IMG/VR virus record: IMGVR_UViG_3300025144_000001
Span: 1 to 63,240 of that record
DNA length: 63,240 nucleotides
Reading direction: 5' to 3' (one strand)
Source of the DNA: a virus
Lineage: Duplodnaviria; Caudoviricetes
Shown: one piece after another, positions 18,551 to 27,707 of the stretch
Position numbering within the stretch: the first letter of the stretch is position 1
How the letters are laid out: every line of letters begins with the position of its first letter
Notes under the pieces: generated by a model
Databases searched by the model: none
Told to the model about the DNA's origin: nothing
The model's input: the letters and a program-made list of their open reading frames with translations, nothing else
Program-made: the position numbers and the translations under genes

Positions 18551-19324
18551 TCAGGGAACGTCAGGTGGAAAGTAGGGTGACGCGCCACATTGAGGACATT
18601 TCAAAACTTGTCCTTCAGAAAGTTTGTAGTGAAGATTGCATTTCGCGCAGATCCATTCGCCTTCGAACCCGCTGACTTTCTCCCACATGTCTTGGTAGTA
18701 TTGCCGTTGTTTGCGGGTTCTTTCGCGTGAACGGAGCATATGTAGGAAACGGATTTGCTTTTCACCTAAATCCGCTTTGCGATAATGATGGAAGAAATAT
18801 TTTTCTTCCGCGTCGTAAAGCGAATAATGATTATATTTGTAGTGTAAGCCAAGAACTTTACGGAATAGGCGCGGGGTTGCTTCAAATGTGATGTCGATTA
18901 AACCTACATGTTCCTGCCAATCTGTAAGCGTAACAGTAAACCAATCGCATTCGTCCCGCGCAATCATACCTTTAATTTTCTCGGCAACGCCAGGTAGAAG
19001 CGCAAACTGTTCATGTCCATCAATCCAAAGTACCCAATCGTTGTCAGGTACAATCTCCAAATATTTATTACGTTTCGAAACTTCGTCTTTCCAAAGTCCA
19101 CGAACATATAGGAGTGGCATACCGACTTTACGGCATTGCTCATCCATAATCTCAATGGTGCCGTCGTCACTCCACCAAGCCTCATTCGGCTCACGCGGAA
19201 AAGTTTCATATGCACCGTCGATTACAAGCACGATGTCGGCGAAGTCGAAGACGCTGCGAACGCTTAGAAGCGCGGTGGCGGCTTCCTTGTAAACATTAAA
19301 GCAAGCCCATACGCGTGGCATCAA
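18551..19324 (-). CDS. Glycosyltransferase family 2-like protein with C-terminal zinc ribbon
   Basis: VLVIDG, SDDGT, KRN, WVLWIDGHE, RLFR; CAKC...CPQC. Confidence 0.8.
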   Translation of the reverse strand: MMPRVWACFNVYKEAATALLSVRSVFDFADIVLVIDGAYETFPREPNEAWWSDDGTIEIMDEQCRKVGMPLLYVRGLWKDEVSKRNKYLEIVPDNDWVLWIDGHEQFALLPGVAEKIKGMIARDECDWFTVTLTDWQEHVGLIDITFEATPRLFRKVLGLHYKYNHYSLYDAEEKYFFHHYRKADLGEKQIRFLHMLRSRERTRKQRQYYQDMWEKVSGFEGEWICAKCNLHYKLSEGQVLKCPQCGASPYFPPDVP

Positions 19325-19482
19325 CGGCGGTCGCCAAGTTTAACCGCAACAGTTTTCGAATGGTCAAGCCACGGAAACTTCTTATGCTTACCCTGATGAT
19401 AACAGAGCCAACAGATGCCTGAACCTTTAAAGAAATCATGTTCGTTTCTAACTTTTTTGCAAATGACACATCGCCTAAACAT
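19321..19482 (-). CDS. Small zinc-finger protein (53 aa)
   Basis: Manual translation MFRRCVICKK...GICWLCY...; stop overlaps the next start. Confidence 0.55.
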   Translation of the reverse strand: MFRRCVICKKVRNEHDFFKGSGICWLCYHQGKHKKFPWLDHSKTVAVKLGDRR

Positions 19483-19488
19483 AGAAGT

Positions 19489-19962
19489 TCACCGTTTGAG
19501 TTCTTCATTCTCAGAGCGTTTAATCATGTTACAGTTGGCGCATAAAATTTGAAAACCATCGGGGTAGTTATTCTTCTTCAACCAACTGTAAAGATTGTGT
19601 TCCCCGATACTCCGTGCATGTTTGCGTCCTCCGCCGTCTATATGATCTATTTGAAGTGCTCGCGTATCATTGAATCCACAGTATCTACAACATAGATTTG
19701 ATGAGTAATGTTGCATGACTTTAAGTCTTAATTTCGACATCCATCTTCGGGTACGTCGTAAACATTGTTCTCTATGTTGCACATGGTATTTCTTCATGCG
19801 TTTTAACGCTTCAGTTCTATGAGCATGATAATAATTGTTAGTTCTTTTTGCGTTACAAGCGTTACAAGTATTATTCCATTGTTTTCTTAATGATGGAGAC
19901 CAATTTGCTTCATTCAAAACTTTCCCGCATATATGGCAATGCGCGGGTCGTTTAGCAATCAC
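19489..19962 (-). CDS. HNH homing endonuclease
   Basis: CRYCG...LQIDHIDGGG...QILCANCN; N-terminal CxxC pairs. Confidence 0.88.
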   Translation of the reverse strand: MIAKRPAHCHICGKVLNEANWSPSLRKQWNNTCNACNAKRTNNYYHAHRTEALKRMKKYHVQHREQCLRRTRRWMSKLRLKVMQHYSSNLCCRYCGFNDTRALQIDHIDGGGRKHARSIGEHNLYSWLKKNNYPDGFQILCANCNMIKRSENEELKR

Positions 19963-19980
19963 TCATCATCACTTTGAAAA

Positions 19981-20004
19981 CGGAAAGGAAAGAAAAAAGA
20001 GGGG
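19981..20004 (-). terminator. Pyrimidine/oligo-T archaeal terminator candidate after the capsid gene
   Basis: Minus strand CCCCTCTTTTTTCTTTCCTTTCCG, about 70 nt after the capsid stop. Confidence 0.5.
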
Positions 20005-20074
20005 TGTTTTTCAGTTGTTTCCCGACAGGAAAATTGTATCAGTTGTTAGTGAAGCACTGAAGGGAAACGCAGAC

Positions 20075-20920
20075 CTAAATGGCTGACAATTGGCATATAG
20101 CGTTTGTGTCCCAATGTCGCGGTAGTATGCGTTCCAAAACGTAGCCGTGGATTCCACCCATTTCGTCAGTCCACTCGATGTGCTTCAAGGGTAGGCTTAC
20201 TACGATGTCGCCCCATCCTGGTCCCGCCTCTACCATTAGACCCGTGCCATCGGTTAAGTCAGGTGTAGCCATAACTGTGTCGCTGATGAAGCCACATTTC
20301 TTCACCCAATCCATCGCTGGGATACCTGTGCTTGAGAACACAGTTCCTAATTGCGTGAATTGAGTCGGGTTGAGAGCCATATGGTATGGGGGTTCCCAGT
20401 TTTGAGCCATCATCAACGCAACTGCACCGTCTACAGCTGCAACCACGTTTGTGGCTGTGCCGAAGTCAGCGCTAGTTGAGTAGTTTTGACCCGCATCTCG
20501 GTATAAGCCGTTAATGTCGTAGTTTGTTCCGTTCGCCGAGTAGCCTTGGAACAATAGGTCGTCTTCAAGTTGACCAACCCTATAGGTGGCTGATGCGACA
20601 ACTTGCGTGTCAAGTGGTGTTTGAGTTGTTCGACTTGCTTCAGCCTTAATGTAGTCAATATCGAATTCCTTGTGTAGCGTAGGTATGGGTTTCGTGGTTG
20701 GAGCCAAGTTCGTGATGTCGAAGCTTGTTCCAGGTGTTGGCCATTTGAATTCGAGTTTAGCGGCGCTTACCTCAGTCATCGTGTAGTATGTAACTGCGTC
20801 TTTAATGCCTACGTCATATGTTGCGGGGTAAAGTTTTCTTCCCTTACCCACTACTTGTCGGGCTGCAACTTTAAAGGCATCGTCAATAGCCTTAAACTGT
20901 TCCGCTGTTAAAGCTGCCAT
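20075..20920 (-). CDS. Major capsid protein, encapsulin/Linocin M18-like HK97 fold
   Basis: LTAEQFKAID...ARQ...GR, PIPTLHKEF...EASR...PLD...A...V..LEDDLLF.G; follows scaffold and decoration genes. Confidence 0.85.
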   Translation of the reverse strand: MAALTAEQFKAIDDAFKVAARQVVGKGRKLYPATYDVGIKDAVTYYTMTEVSAAKLEFKWPTPGTSFDITNLAPTTKPIPTLHKEFDIDYIKAEASRTTQTPLDTQVVASATYRVGQLEDDLLFQGYSANGTNYDINGLYRDAGQNYSTSADFGTATNVVAAVDGAVALMMAQNWEPPYHMALNPTQFTQLGTVFSSTGIPAMDWVKKCGFISDTVMATPDLTDGTGLMVEAGPGWGDIVVSLPLKHIEWTDEMGGIHGYVLERILPRHWDTNAICQLSAI

Positions 20921-20932
20921 GTTGTTTCACCT

Positions 20933-21475
20933 TTAAATGTAGGAAAGCACCATGACGAAATCTTCCGTAGTTCCGCCTAAAACGGTTTCCATTGCTACTC
21001 CGACTACTTGTCCGCCCGGAGGCTTTGAGCCAGATTCAGTACATGCCGCTGAACCTGCCGCTGAACCTAAGACTGTTGTGCTGCCCGCTGTTACAACCAC
21101 GTCAATCGCGACCGCTAGTGCTACAAGTCCGTTAGCCGCGCCGATCAATGTGTCACCGCATGTAAGGTTTGTTGCGGTTCGCGCTTTAATGACGAAGTGT
21201 CCACCGAACAAGATTGGAACCATGTCGTTGGCTGTGTAAGCCGTTGTTATTGCGTGTCCGTCAGTGTAGTAGTTGCCCGCTTGCTCGTATCCAACCCATC
21301 CGAGAGGGTTGTCCGTTGCTGCGGCGAGAACCACTATTCCCGAATCATCAGTCGCGTATTTTACAAGTCTTCCAGGAGCAACGTTTGTCGCAGTGACCAC
21401 TCGTTTCACTACTACTAATGGGTCGCCTGTAACTATGATTTGATTTGCTGGTTCAATTAATCCGCAATCCGCCAT
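20933..21475 (-). CDS. Capsid decoration/cement protein
   Basis: Ala/Gly/Thr-rich; PGRLV, GD.L, VVGVAME; directly upstream of the capsid gene. Confidence 0.65.
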   Translation of the reverse strand: MADCGLIEPANQIIVTGDPLVVVKRVVTATNVAPGRLVKYATDDSGIVVLAAATDNPLGWVGYEQAGNYYTDGHAITTAYTANDMVPILFGGHFVIKARTATNLTCGDTLIGAANGLVALAVAIDVVVTAGSTTVLGSAAGSAACTESGSKPPGGQVVGVAMETVLGGTTEDFVMVLSYI

Positions 21476-21485
21476 GATATATCAC

Positions 21486-21896
21486 CTAATCAATCCATTC
21501 CTTCTTTTCTGCGTCCCAATGGAAGTTAGACGACGTAATCGACTGAGCGTCACCGCGTTGAACTGAAACTTTCGGTTTACCCGATGTCAACTTAACGATT
21601 TTAAGTTCGTCAAGCGACATTTTTTCCAATTCATCTTTAGTGAAGCCCGTTATCTCCAAGAGTTCGCTGACAATTGCATCTGTTTCAGCCTTAACCTTCG
21701 CTTTCGCGATAGCGTCGAGGCTGTCAGTTGCAACCTTCAACTTCTCTTCGAGAACCTTCTTTTCGCCTTCAAGCGTAGCAACCTTCTGCTCCAACTCCGT
21801 TTTCACGGCGGTTAGAGAGTCGATTTCCGCTTGAACGGTCGCCTTAGCTTCCTTTTTCAGAGCTTCGACATTAACCGATTTACATTCATCAGTCAT
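21486..21896 (-). CDS. Scaffolding-like coiled-coil protein
   Basis: E/K-rich coiled coil located before the decoration and capsid genes. Confidence 0.6.
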   Translation of the reverse strand: MTDECKSVNVEALKKEAKATVQAEIDSLTAVKTELEQKVATLEGEKKVLEEKLKVATDSLDAIAKAKVKAETDAIVSELLEITGFTKDELEKMSLDELKIVKLTSGKPKVSVQRGDAQSITSSNFHWDAEKKEWID

Positions 21897-22025
21897 GTCG
21901 AATCACCTATGGGATTTATGAGACTCGTCCAAACTTTGTCGAACGAGGTCGTTGTGACTATGATGAAAGCGTCAACCCTACCGGGTTACCGTTAAGAGTA
22001 AGCGTGAAAAAAGTGGAGAATGCGG

Positions 22026-22538
22026 TTAGATTTGAATCCGCTTCTCCAAGGTTTTTAGGACAGCTTGATGGTCGATGTCGCATATTTCATCCGGAAACTT
22101 TGCCTTATCAAAGACTTCGGGAAACTCCATGATTGCCGCATCTATTTCCATGTGGAGTTCCACGAGTTCGTCGGTTGGAAGGCTTTCGAAACGTTCGCAC
22201 CATGAGGCTTCTGCGTCTTTGCCTTTCCGCAATGGCGCGATAGCCCGCTTAACGATTCCCTCCATTGTTGCGGCTGGAATCCATTGGGCTTTCTTGTTGA
22301 TGGCGATTAAGTAGACGATACGCTTCACTTTCAACGCGTTACTTATGCCGTCGCGTTTAATCGCGTTGACTAAGCACCGTACTTTCGCCATGCCTTCCTT
22401 CTCCTTGCATTGAGGGTACACTAAGTCTCCGCCTAAGACTGCTTCGAACTCATCAATGTCTTTTTCATCCACGTCGATATCTAATATTTTCATTGGTGTA
22501 TCACCATGATTACGTTTCCAAAACTTCAGCATTTCCAC
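22026..22538 (-). CDS. Hypothetical protein
   Basis: Lies within the operon; no motif recognised. Confidence 0.6.
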   Translation of the reverse strand: MEMLKFWKRNHGDTPMKILDIDVDEKDIDEFEAVLGGDLVYPQCKEKEGMAKVRCLVNAIKRDGISNALKVKRIVYLIAINKKAQWIPAATMEGIVKRAIAPLRKGKDAEASWCERFESLPTDELVELHMEIDAAIMEFPEVFDKAKFPDEICDIDHQAVLKTLEKRIQI

Positions 22539-22542
22539 ATCA

Positions 22543-22749
22543 CTACTGTTTCAGCGGTTTTGAATGCTCTTCTATCCAAGATGAAGATTTATCGGATTTC
22601 TCTTCAAAAAGCGTCTGCACCTTGTATCCTTTGCCTCCACAACTTCCACAAGGAATCTTAACCCAAACTTCAGGCGATATAGGATACAATCGTGCTTTCC
22701 AGTATCCAGTTCCACTACAACTTCCGCACAAAATTTTCGCTTCAGTCAA
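22543..22749 (-). CDS. DnaJ-type zinc-finger protein
   Basis: Two CxxCxGxG motifs (CGSCSGTG, CGSCGGKG). Confidence 0.7.
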   Translation of the reverse strand: MTEAKILCGSCSGTGYWKARLYPISPEVWVKIPCGSCGGKGYKVQTLFEEKSDKSSSWIEEHSKPLKQ

Positions 22750-23771
22750 TTCTCATTCACCTCGCATTTGCCAGTTTCACATTCATCACCTTTAGGTTTT
22801 AGTCGGGCTTGAAGCCAACCGCAAAGTTTTTCAGCGTTTTTCTTTGGAAGACCTTTATGTTTCATTTGCCATTGAACGCAATCGTTAAATCCTTTCCATC
22901 TTCCGAATGGATCGTTGCCGACTTCAGGTTGCGGTTGATCCACACCGATTCCGCATAACGGTAGTGAACATCTGCCTTTCTCAACGATGGCTACATGGTC
23001 GAGTTTAAGGTCGGTTTCAACGAGATCATATTTATGCTCGTTCCAGTTGCCTTCCTTCTCCTCGAAAACATGGTAGTAGCCGATGCTGACATCCCTTAAT
23101 TCACCGCGTTTAACCGCGTCGATAAGCGATTGAGGTGCAACCTTCTTGTTAATCGTTAAACGCGCCTTAATCTTCGCATCCTTAAACTCCTCAACATACG
23201 CGGTTCCCATAATATCCTTAGTAGTCATCACCACTCCTTCAGGTGGATGCGCTAAGTCGAGTCGAAGAATGAGGGGCATTTCGGTTTGCAGTAGTGCGGC
23301 GCGTTCAAGCACTTTTGCGGGGCGGTATATTTTGCCTTCGTGGAATGGGAAAACTCCTTCACGCGCAATAACTGCGTCAACGGCCAAGTAGTCGGCTGTT
23401 TCAGTCATGTTTAAAGCGTCAGCATCAACGTTTGCGGTTTCGCTGTCGAAGTTTTTAAGCAAGCATTTCTCGCAGTGCGTCTTCGATGTTTCATCTGTCT
23501 TCTCCGATGTCACTTGAAACGATTCGCGGTTTTCAAACGGCACTTCGTCAACGATGCCACGCCAAACAAACTCGTAGTCACCAGCATCCATGTCTACGTT
23601 GACGAGGAAACGGTAGCCTTCAGCCGTCTTCTTCGGAACGTAGGAGTGAATTTCCTTACCGTCTTTCTCAACGGTCAACTTCAACTCCGACGGCTCATAC
23701 TGCTTATTCTCCTCGGTTTCAAACACTTTCACTACACGGGAGAAAATCTCGCCTTTCTTACATTCAATCAC
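22746..23771 (-). CDS. Prohead maturation protease (DUF2213-like) with extra N- and C-terminal domains
   Basis: AREGV, HP, GELRDVSIGY, DHVAIVEKGRC. Confidence 0.85.
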   Translation of the reverse strand: MIECKKGEIFSRVVKVFETEENKQYEPSELKLTVEKDGKEIHSYVPKKTAEGYRFLVNVDMDAGDYEFVWRGIVDEVPFENRESFQVTSEKTDETSKTHCEKCLLKNFDSETANVDADALNMTETADYLAVDAVIAREGVFPFHEGKIYRPAKVLERAALLQTEMPLILRLDLAHPPEGVVMTTKDIMGTAYVEEFKDAKIKARLTINKKVAPQSLIDAVKRGELRDVSIGYYHVFEEKEGNWNEHKYDLVETDLKLDHVAIVEKGRCSLPLCGIGVDQPQPEVGNDPFGRWKGFNDCVQWQMKHKGLPKKNAEKLCGWLQARLKPKGDECETGKCEVNEN

Positions 23772-25252
23772 TTTTCATCACGATTCTTTACTGTGAATTT
23801 CTTCTTTTCGGTTTTAACATCCAACTTAAAATCAAGTTCAATCGTTTCGTCAATCAACATGAATTTTTTATCTTGAACCGATTCAACATTAAATTCGACG
23901 GGTCTAATTTCAATCGGCAAGATCGCGGTTCGCGGTTCGCTTTCCTTAAACTCAATCGGTAAAACCGCTGTTTTCGCTTCAAGTATTGAGATTGGTAGAA
24001 CGCTTTGTTTTCGTGTGGGTGGAACGAATATGCGGCCAACGCCGCCCGTTGGTGGGGGTGTTGGTGGAGGTTGTGCTTCAGTGGTTAGGTATGCGTCGGT
24101 TGAGTGGCTTAATGTGTAGGTTGCTTTAAGTAAACTGTTCGTGGTATGGGATTTAGTTTGTGTCTTTAATAGTAACGCGTTTGTCGAATGAGTTTTTGTG
24201 GCAACTAACTTTAGGAATGAGTTGGTGGTATGCGCCTTCGAGAAAGTGGCTTTAAGTAACGCGTTTGTAGAATGGGTTTTGGTTTGAGTTTTCTTCAGTA
24301 ACGCGTTGGCTGTATGAGTTTTTACGCCTCTTAAGAGTAAATTCGTATTGGTTGTATGGGTTTTGGTGGCGGTTTTTAGGAGTAATGCGTTTACGGTGTG
24401 AGTTTTCGTTTGAGTCTTTAATAGAAGCGCATTCGTCGCGTGAGCTTTGGGTACTCTTGAAATTAAGTAGGCGTTCGTTGTATGTGTCTTGGTTGTTCTT
24501 TTTACCAGTAGTGCATTGGTTGTATGGGCTTTTGTTAGAGTTTTCTTCAGTAAAGCGTTTGTGGTGTGAGCTTTGGATGTGGTTTTCTTGAGAAGCGTGT
24601 TTGTTGTATGCGTTTTAGTGTATTGTGCTCCTGCTGCTTCGTTCAGTGTTTGCGGACAATAGAAGTAACTTTTGTTGTCGGTTGCAGCGGTGCCGTCAGC
24701 TGTGAAAGTTGTTGTGCCTTCATAATAATCGGTCGCCGTGTACTCAGTGGATTTCGCGTTGTTAATGAGCCACCATTCTTCGACGACAATGCGATCGTTC
24801 AGTTGGATGCTGAAGTTGCCAGAGGCACCCGTCGCAGTTATAACGCATTCCTTTTGGCTGGTCCCATGTTCGGTTCCGCATGAAGTTGCAACTATGATGG
24901 TTTTAACATTGCCGGAACCGTTGCGCCAAACATAAACAAATGTGTCGTGGTACAGGTTCATGCTGGTGCTGGATTCTTTGATGCCGATGCCGACTTGATA
25001 TCCCGCTTGTCCACCCGTCAATGTTTGCGCGGCAAGAGCGGGACCGACGAAGATTCGCGCAAGCGTGTACGCTGCTCCAGCACTATTATATGCACCTACC
25101 TGCGAAGTCTCCAATGTTCCCGCGGCAGTCGTCATGTCCTTCGCAGTGTTCTTATCCGATGGAACTGTTGGAAACCCGTCAGTACGTGTGCTTGCTTTAC
25201 CCGTTGGACCCGCTGACGCGTCGGAGCTGCGGAAGTAATATGTTGTTGCCAC
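23768..25252 (-). CDS. Virion fibre-like protein with 14-aa repeats
   Basis: N-terminal beta domain, 13 copies of TKxHTTNALLxKxx, then a Pro-rich linker. Confidence 0.7.
   Translation of the reverse strand: MATTYYFRSSDASAGPTGKASTRTDGFPTVPSDKNTAKDMTTAAGTLETSQVGAYNSAGAAYTLARIFVGPALAAQTLTGGQAGYQVGIGIKESSTSMNLYHDTFVYVWRNGSGNVKTIIVATSCGTEHGTSQKECVITATGASGNFSIQLNDRIVVEEWWLINNAKSTEYTATDYYEGTTTFTADGTAATDNKSYFYCPQTLNEAAGAQYTKTHTTNTLLKKTTSKAHTTNALLKKTLTKAHTTNALLVKRTTKTHTTNAYLISRVPKAHATNALLLKTQTKTHTVNALLLKTATKTHTTNTNLLLRGVKTHTANALLKKTQTKTHSTNALLKATFSKAHTTNSFLKLVATKTHSTNALLLKTQTKSHTTNSLLKATYTLSHSTDAYLTTEAQPPPTPPPTGGVGRIFVPPTRKQSVLPISILEAKTAVLPIEFKESEPRTAILPIEIRPVEFNVESVQDKKFMLIDETIELDFKLDVKTEKKKFTVKNRDEK
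24074..24619 (-). repeat. 13 tandem 42-bp (14-aa) degenerate coding repeats
   Basis: TKTHTTNTLLKKTT / SKAHTTNALLKKTL / ... / TLSHSTDAYLTTEA. Confidence 0.9.
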
Positions 25253-25255
25253 GGC

Positions 25256-25642
25256 TTACATCTTCCTCCAATTCCAGCCGTGATGGTTGCCCCATGCAAC
25301 ACCTTCCGCATCCATTCGCTCTTTGAACTCCCGATATTCGGGGTTCGCCAAGATGAGACTGCGGATTTCACCTATTGAATCTAACTTCTTATCTGTTGGG
25401 GATAATCTGCCGCAATGGAATAGGCGGCATTGACATGGACGAATTTCATATATCGTGCATTGATTGTTGTCATCCAAAAACGGGCATGTTTCGCCCAAAA
25501 GTTTGAAACGGTTTTCCCTAATCTTCTCGTATTGAAGTTTAATTCCCGTTGCTTCTTCGATTAGCCGAATCTCTTCACTTGTAACAACCATTCCGAAGAA
25601 CAGTTTTCTGCAGCATTCGGCGCATCGGAAGCATTGAATCAC
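25256..25642 (-). CDS. YkgJ/CxxCxxCC cysteine-cluster (Fe-S or Zn) protein
   Basis: CFRCAECC...CPFL...CTIYEIRPCQCRLF. Confidence 0.85.
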   Translation of the reverse strand: MIQCFRCAECCRKLFFGMVVTSEEIRLIEEATGIKLQYEKIRENRFKLLGETCPFLDDNNQCTIYEIRPCQCRLFHCGRLSPTDKKLDSIGEIRSLILANPEYREFKERMDAEGVAWGNHHGWNWRKM

Positions 25643-25691
25643 TTGAAAACACCATTGTATTGACCCGATGACGATTGTATTCGCTTTTCGG

Positions 25692-26069
25692 CTACTTTAA
25701 CTCGAAATCATATCCTTCAAACGAAGGGGGACCATAAGGCTCCGGCAGTTTATCCCATGCCGAAGCAAACAGTACGCGGTCGTCTTCGTGAATATACATT
25801 ACCGCTTGAATGTTGCCTTCCTTAACGGTTTTCTGCCAACCCAATAAAACAATCCGCTGTAAACCTTCACCCGCCCGCATCACGGTTCTAATCCTGAAGA
25901 TCAACCGCTTCTTCGGATCATCGAAAAAAAGGCGGTACTTAACCACGTCATCTTCAACCAAATCGAAAAACATCAACTTGCTACGGTCAATATCAGCATA
26001 CTTAGCAGTCTTCCCATCCTTCTCCTGCCAAAGTTCACCGCCATCACTGTAAACGGCTCTCCACCGCAT
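25692..26069 (-). CDS. Hypothetical viral protein
   Basis: MRWRAVYSDG...RLIFR...LLGWQ; start reassigned to avoid overlap. Confidence 0.6.
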   Translation of the reverse strand: MRWRAVYSDGGELWQEKDGKTAKYADIDRSKLMFFDLVEDDVVKYRLFFDDPKKRLIFRIRTVMRAGEGLQRIVLLGWQKTVKEGNIQAVMYIHEDDRVLFASAWDKLPEPYGPPSFEGYDFELK

Positions 26070-26097
26070 ACTCTCAATATTCAACGGTGAAAAACCC

Positions 26098-26646
26098 CTA
26101 TGTTTCATCGTATTGGAACGTGAAGGTTTCTTGCGCCGTGGCACCTGGGGAAGCCGTGTCACCGTTCACAACTATTTGATATACGAAGTAGTCGCCGAAG
26201 TCACCTGTGTCCGGGTTCGATATGGAACCAGCAAGGGATAATGTTGAACCGCTAGTCCATGCGAAGACGTTAGTTGGGTTGGCGGATAAATTTGCGTAGT
26301 TAGTTGTGTTAAGCACAGTACCCGTATCGCCAGCCGTGCCTGTAGCCTGCACATATGCAGAAGCGTTGTTTCCAACGCAAGTGACACCTGTACCTAAACT
26401 GTTCGTGCCGTCACTATACCATTTCAAGTTGTTTATCGTTCCCGTAGGCGTGGTGTCCGCGCTTAGTCGAGTAACTATCCAATAGGAGTATTTTGTATTT
26501 CCAGCGACGATGGGAATTGGGTTGGCTGTTGGGTTGCCTGTTGGAGTTACACCGTCATCCGTACATGCGCGAGTATTCAACGTGGTTATATCCGTCTTCG
26601 TAGGTGTTGCGCCGTGATGTCTTCTAATAGTTACTGTTGCTACCAT
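26098..26646 (-). CDS. Virion structural protein (Thr/Gly/Asn-rich)
   Basis: Composition; YSYW, INNLKWY, C-terminal FQYDE; GAGGTGA SD. Confidence 0.65.
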   Translation of the reverse strand: MVATVTIRRHHGATPTKTDITTLNTRACTDDGVTPTGNPTANPIPIVAGNTKYSYWIVTRLSADTTPTGTINNLKWYSDGTNSLGTGVTCVGNNASAYVQATGTAGDTGTVLNTTNYANLSANPTNVFAWTSGSTLSLAGSISNPDTGDFGDYFVYQIVVNGDTASPGATAQETFTFQYDET

Positions 26647-26671
26647 TTTTTATTTCACCTCGTTTTAACTT

Positions 26672-26977
26672 TCATTCATCAAACCATGAAACAATAATCC
26701 TTCCAGCCATCTTACCTTTGACGCGAAATGTCATCCCGAAACCTTCATTTGGCTTCAAATGTGTTGGAAGCGTTTTATCAATATCAATATCAATATTAAT
26801 ATCAACATCAACATCAACATCATACGCCGTATGCTCCCCATCATTCCACGCGTAAACTTTAAATTCGCCTTGCTGACCCTTCCGAAAACGACGTTTAAAC
26901 TCCTTCAACTCGTTATCGTTTTCGTCGTAGAAGTTGATTTTTGCAGGCATTCGTTTCACCTTAATATTTGAAGTCAA
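26672..26977 (-). CDS. Small Ig-like hypothetical protein
   Basis: VYAWNDGE...LKPNE pattern; includes a low-complexity DVDVDINIDID tract. Confidence 0.5.
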   Translation of the reverse strand: MTSNIKVKRMPAKINFYDENDNELKEFKRRFRKGQQGEFKVYAWNDGEHTAYDVDVDVDINIDIDIDKTLPTHLKPNEGFGMTFRVKGKMAGRIIVSWFDE

Positions 26978-27707
26978 TCAGTTGGTAACAGCCGTAAGCA
27001 TCCTTCTGATTCGATGCCGTGGTCCACGGCTTCTCCCGTTTCAAATCCAAAAAATGCATACATGAAGCCGTAGCATCCAACCAAATCTTGTAACCGAACT
27101 GCCGCGCGGTCAAACAATAGCCGTAATCTTCACTCGCCACATTATCGTAAAGCGGATAAAAGTTCACGCGATGATCTTGAATGATGCGTTGCGACAAACA
27201 TAAGCACCCCGCCGAAGTCATGTTAACTTCACCATACGGGCGCAACGCGGTTTTACGCCAAATTATTTTTCCAGTATCGGGGTGAACCCACTTCGACGCT
27301 AGAAACACGCCTTCAGGATACGCCCGTAAATACGCGCCACCAACAATATCCTCACCATGCAATGTTAAACGATCAATTATGTCATGGTCGTTGGGCCAAC
27401 AGTCGTGATCGAAGAATATCGCGTAGTCGGGGTTTAGGTGGCGAGCGCGGGTTAGTAGCAGTTGCCGGATGTGAGCGATTGGTTCGTATGGGGATTTTGC
27501 GTAGTCGCGAACTCGACTGCGGAACCATACGCGGATGATTTCGTGTGGACGCTTGAATTTCGTGAGGCGTTCAAGCGTGTTGTCGCGACTGTTGTTTTCG
27601 GCGAATATTACGCGTTCAGGCTGCGGGTCCAAGCGGTAAAGATGCCCGAAAAGTGTAGGTAATAGTGACGCGCAATTGTAAATTGGAATGAGGAGGATAG
27701 CGTTCAA
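26961..27707 (-). CDS. Glycosyltransferase family 2 (paralog B)
   Basis: IPIYN, ENNSRDNT, FFDHD, SEDYGYC. Confidence 0.88.
   Translation of the reverse strand: MNAILLIPIYNCASLLPTLFGHLYRLDPQPERVIFAENNSRDNTLERLTKFKRPHEIIRVWFRSRVRDYAKSPYEPIAHIRQLLLTRARHLNPDYAIFFDHDCWPNDHDIIDRLTLHGEDIVGGAYLRAYPEGVFLASKWVHPDTGKIIWRKTALRPYGEVNMTSAGCLCLSQRIIQDHRVNFYPLYDNVASEDYGYCLTARQFGYKIWLDATASCMHFLDLKREKPWTTASNQKDAYGCYQLIDFKY

Noticed and set aside
24074-24619. 42-bp periodic repeats as a CRISPR array or DGR
   Set aside because: They are degenerate in-frame coding repeats with no unique spacers, and no reverse transcriptase is present.
26778-26822. ATCAAT/ATCAAC hexamer tandem repeat
   Set aside because: It encodes a low-complexity DVDVDINIDID tract inside a gene; no sign of a separate function.
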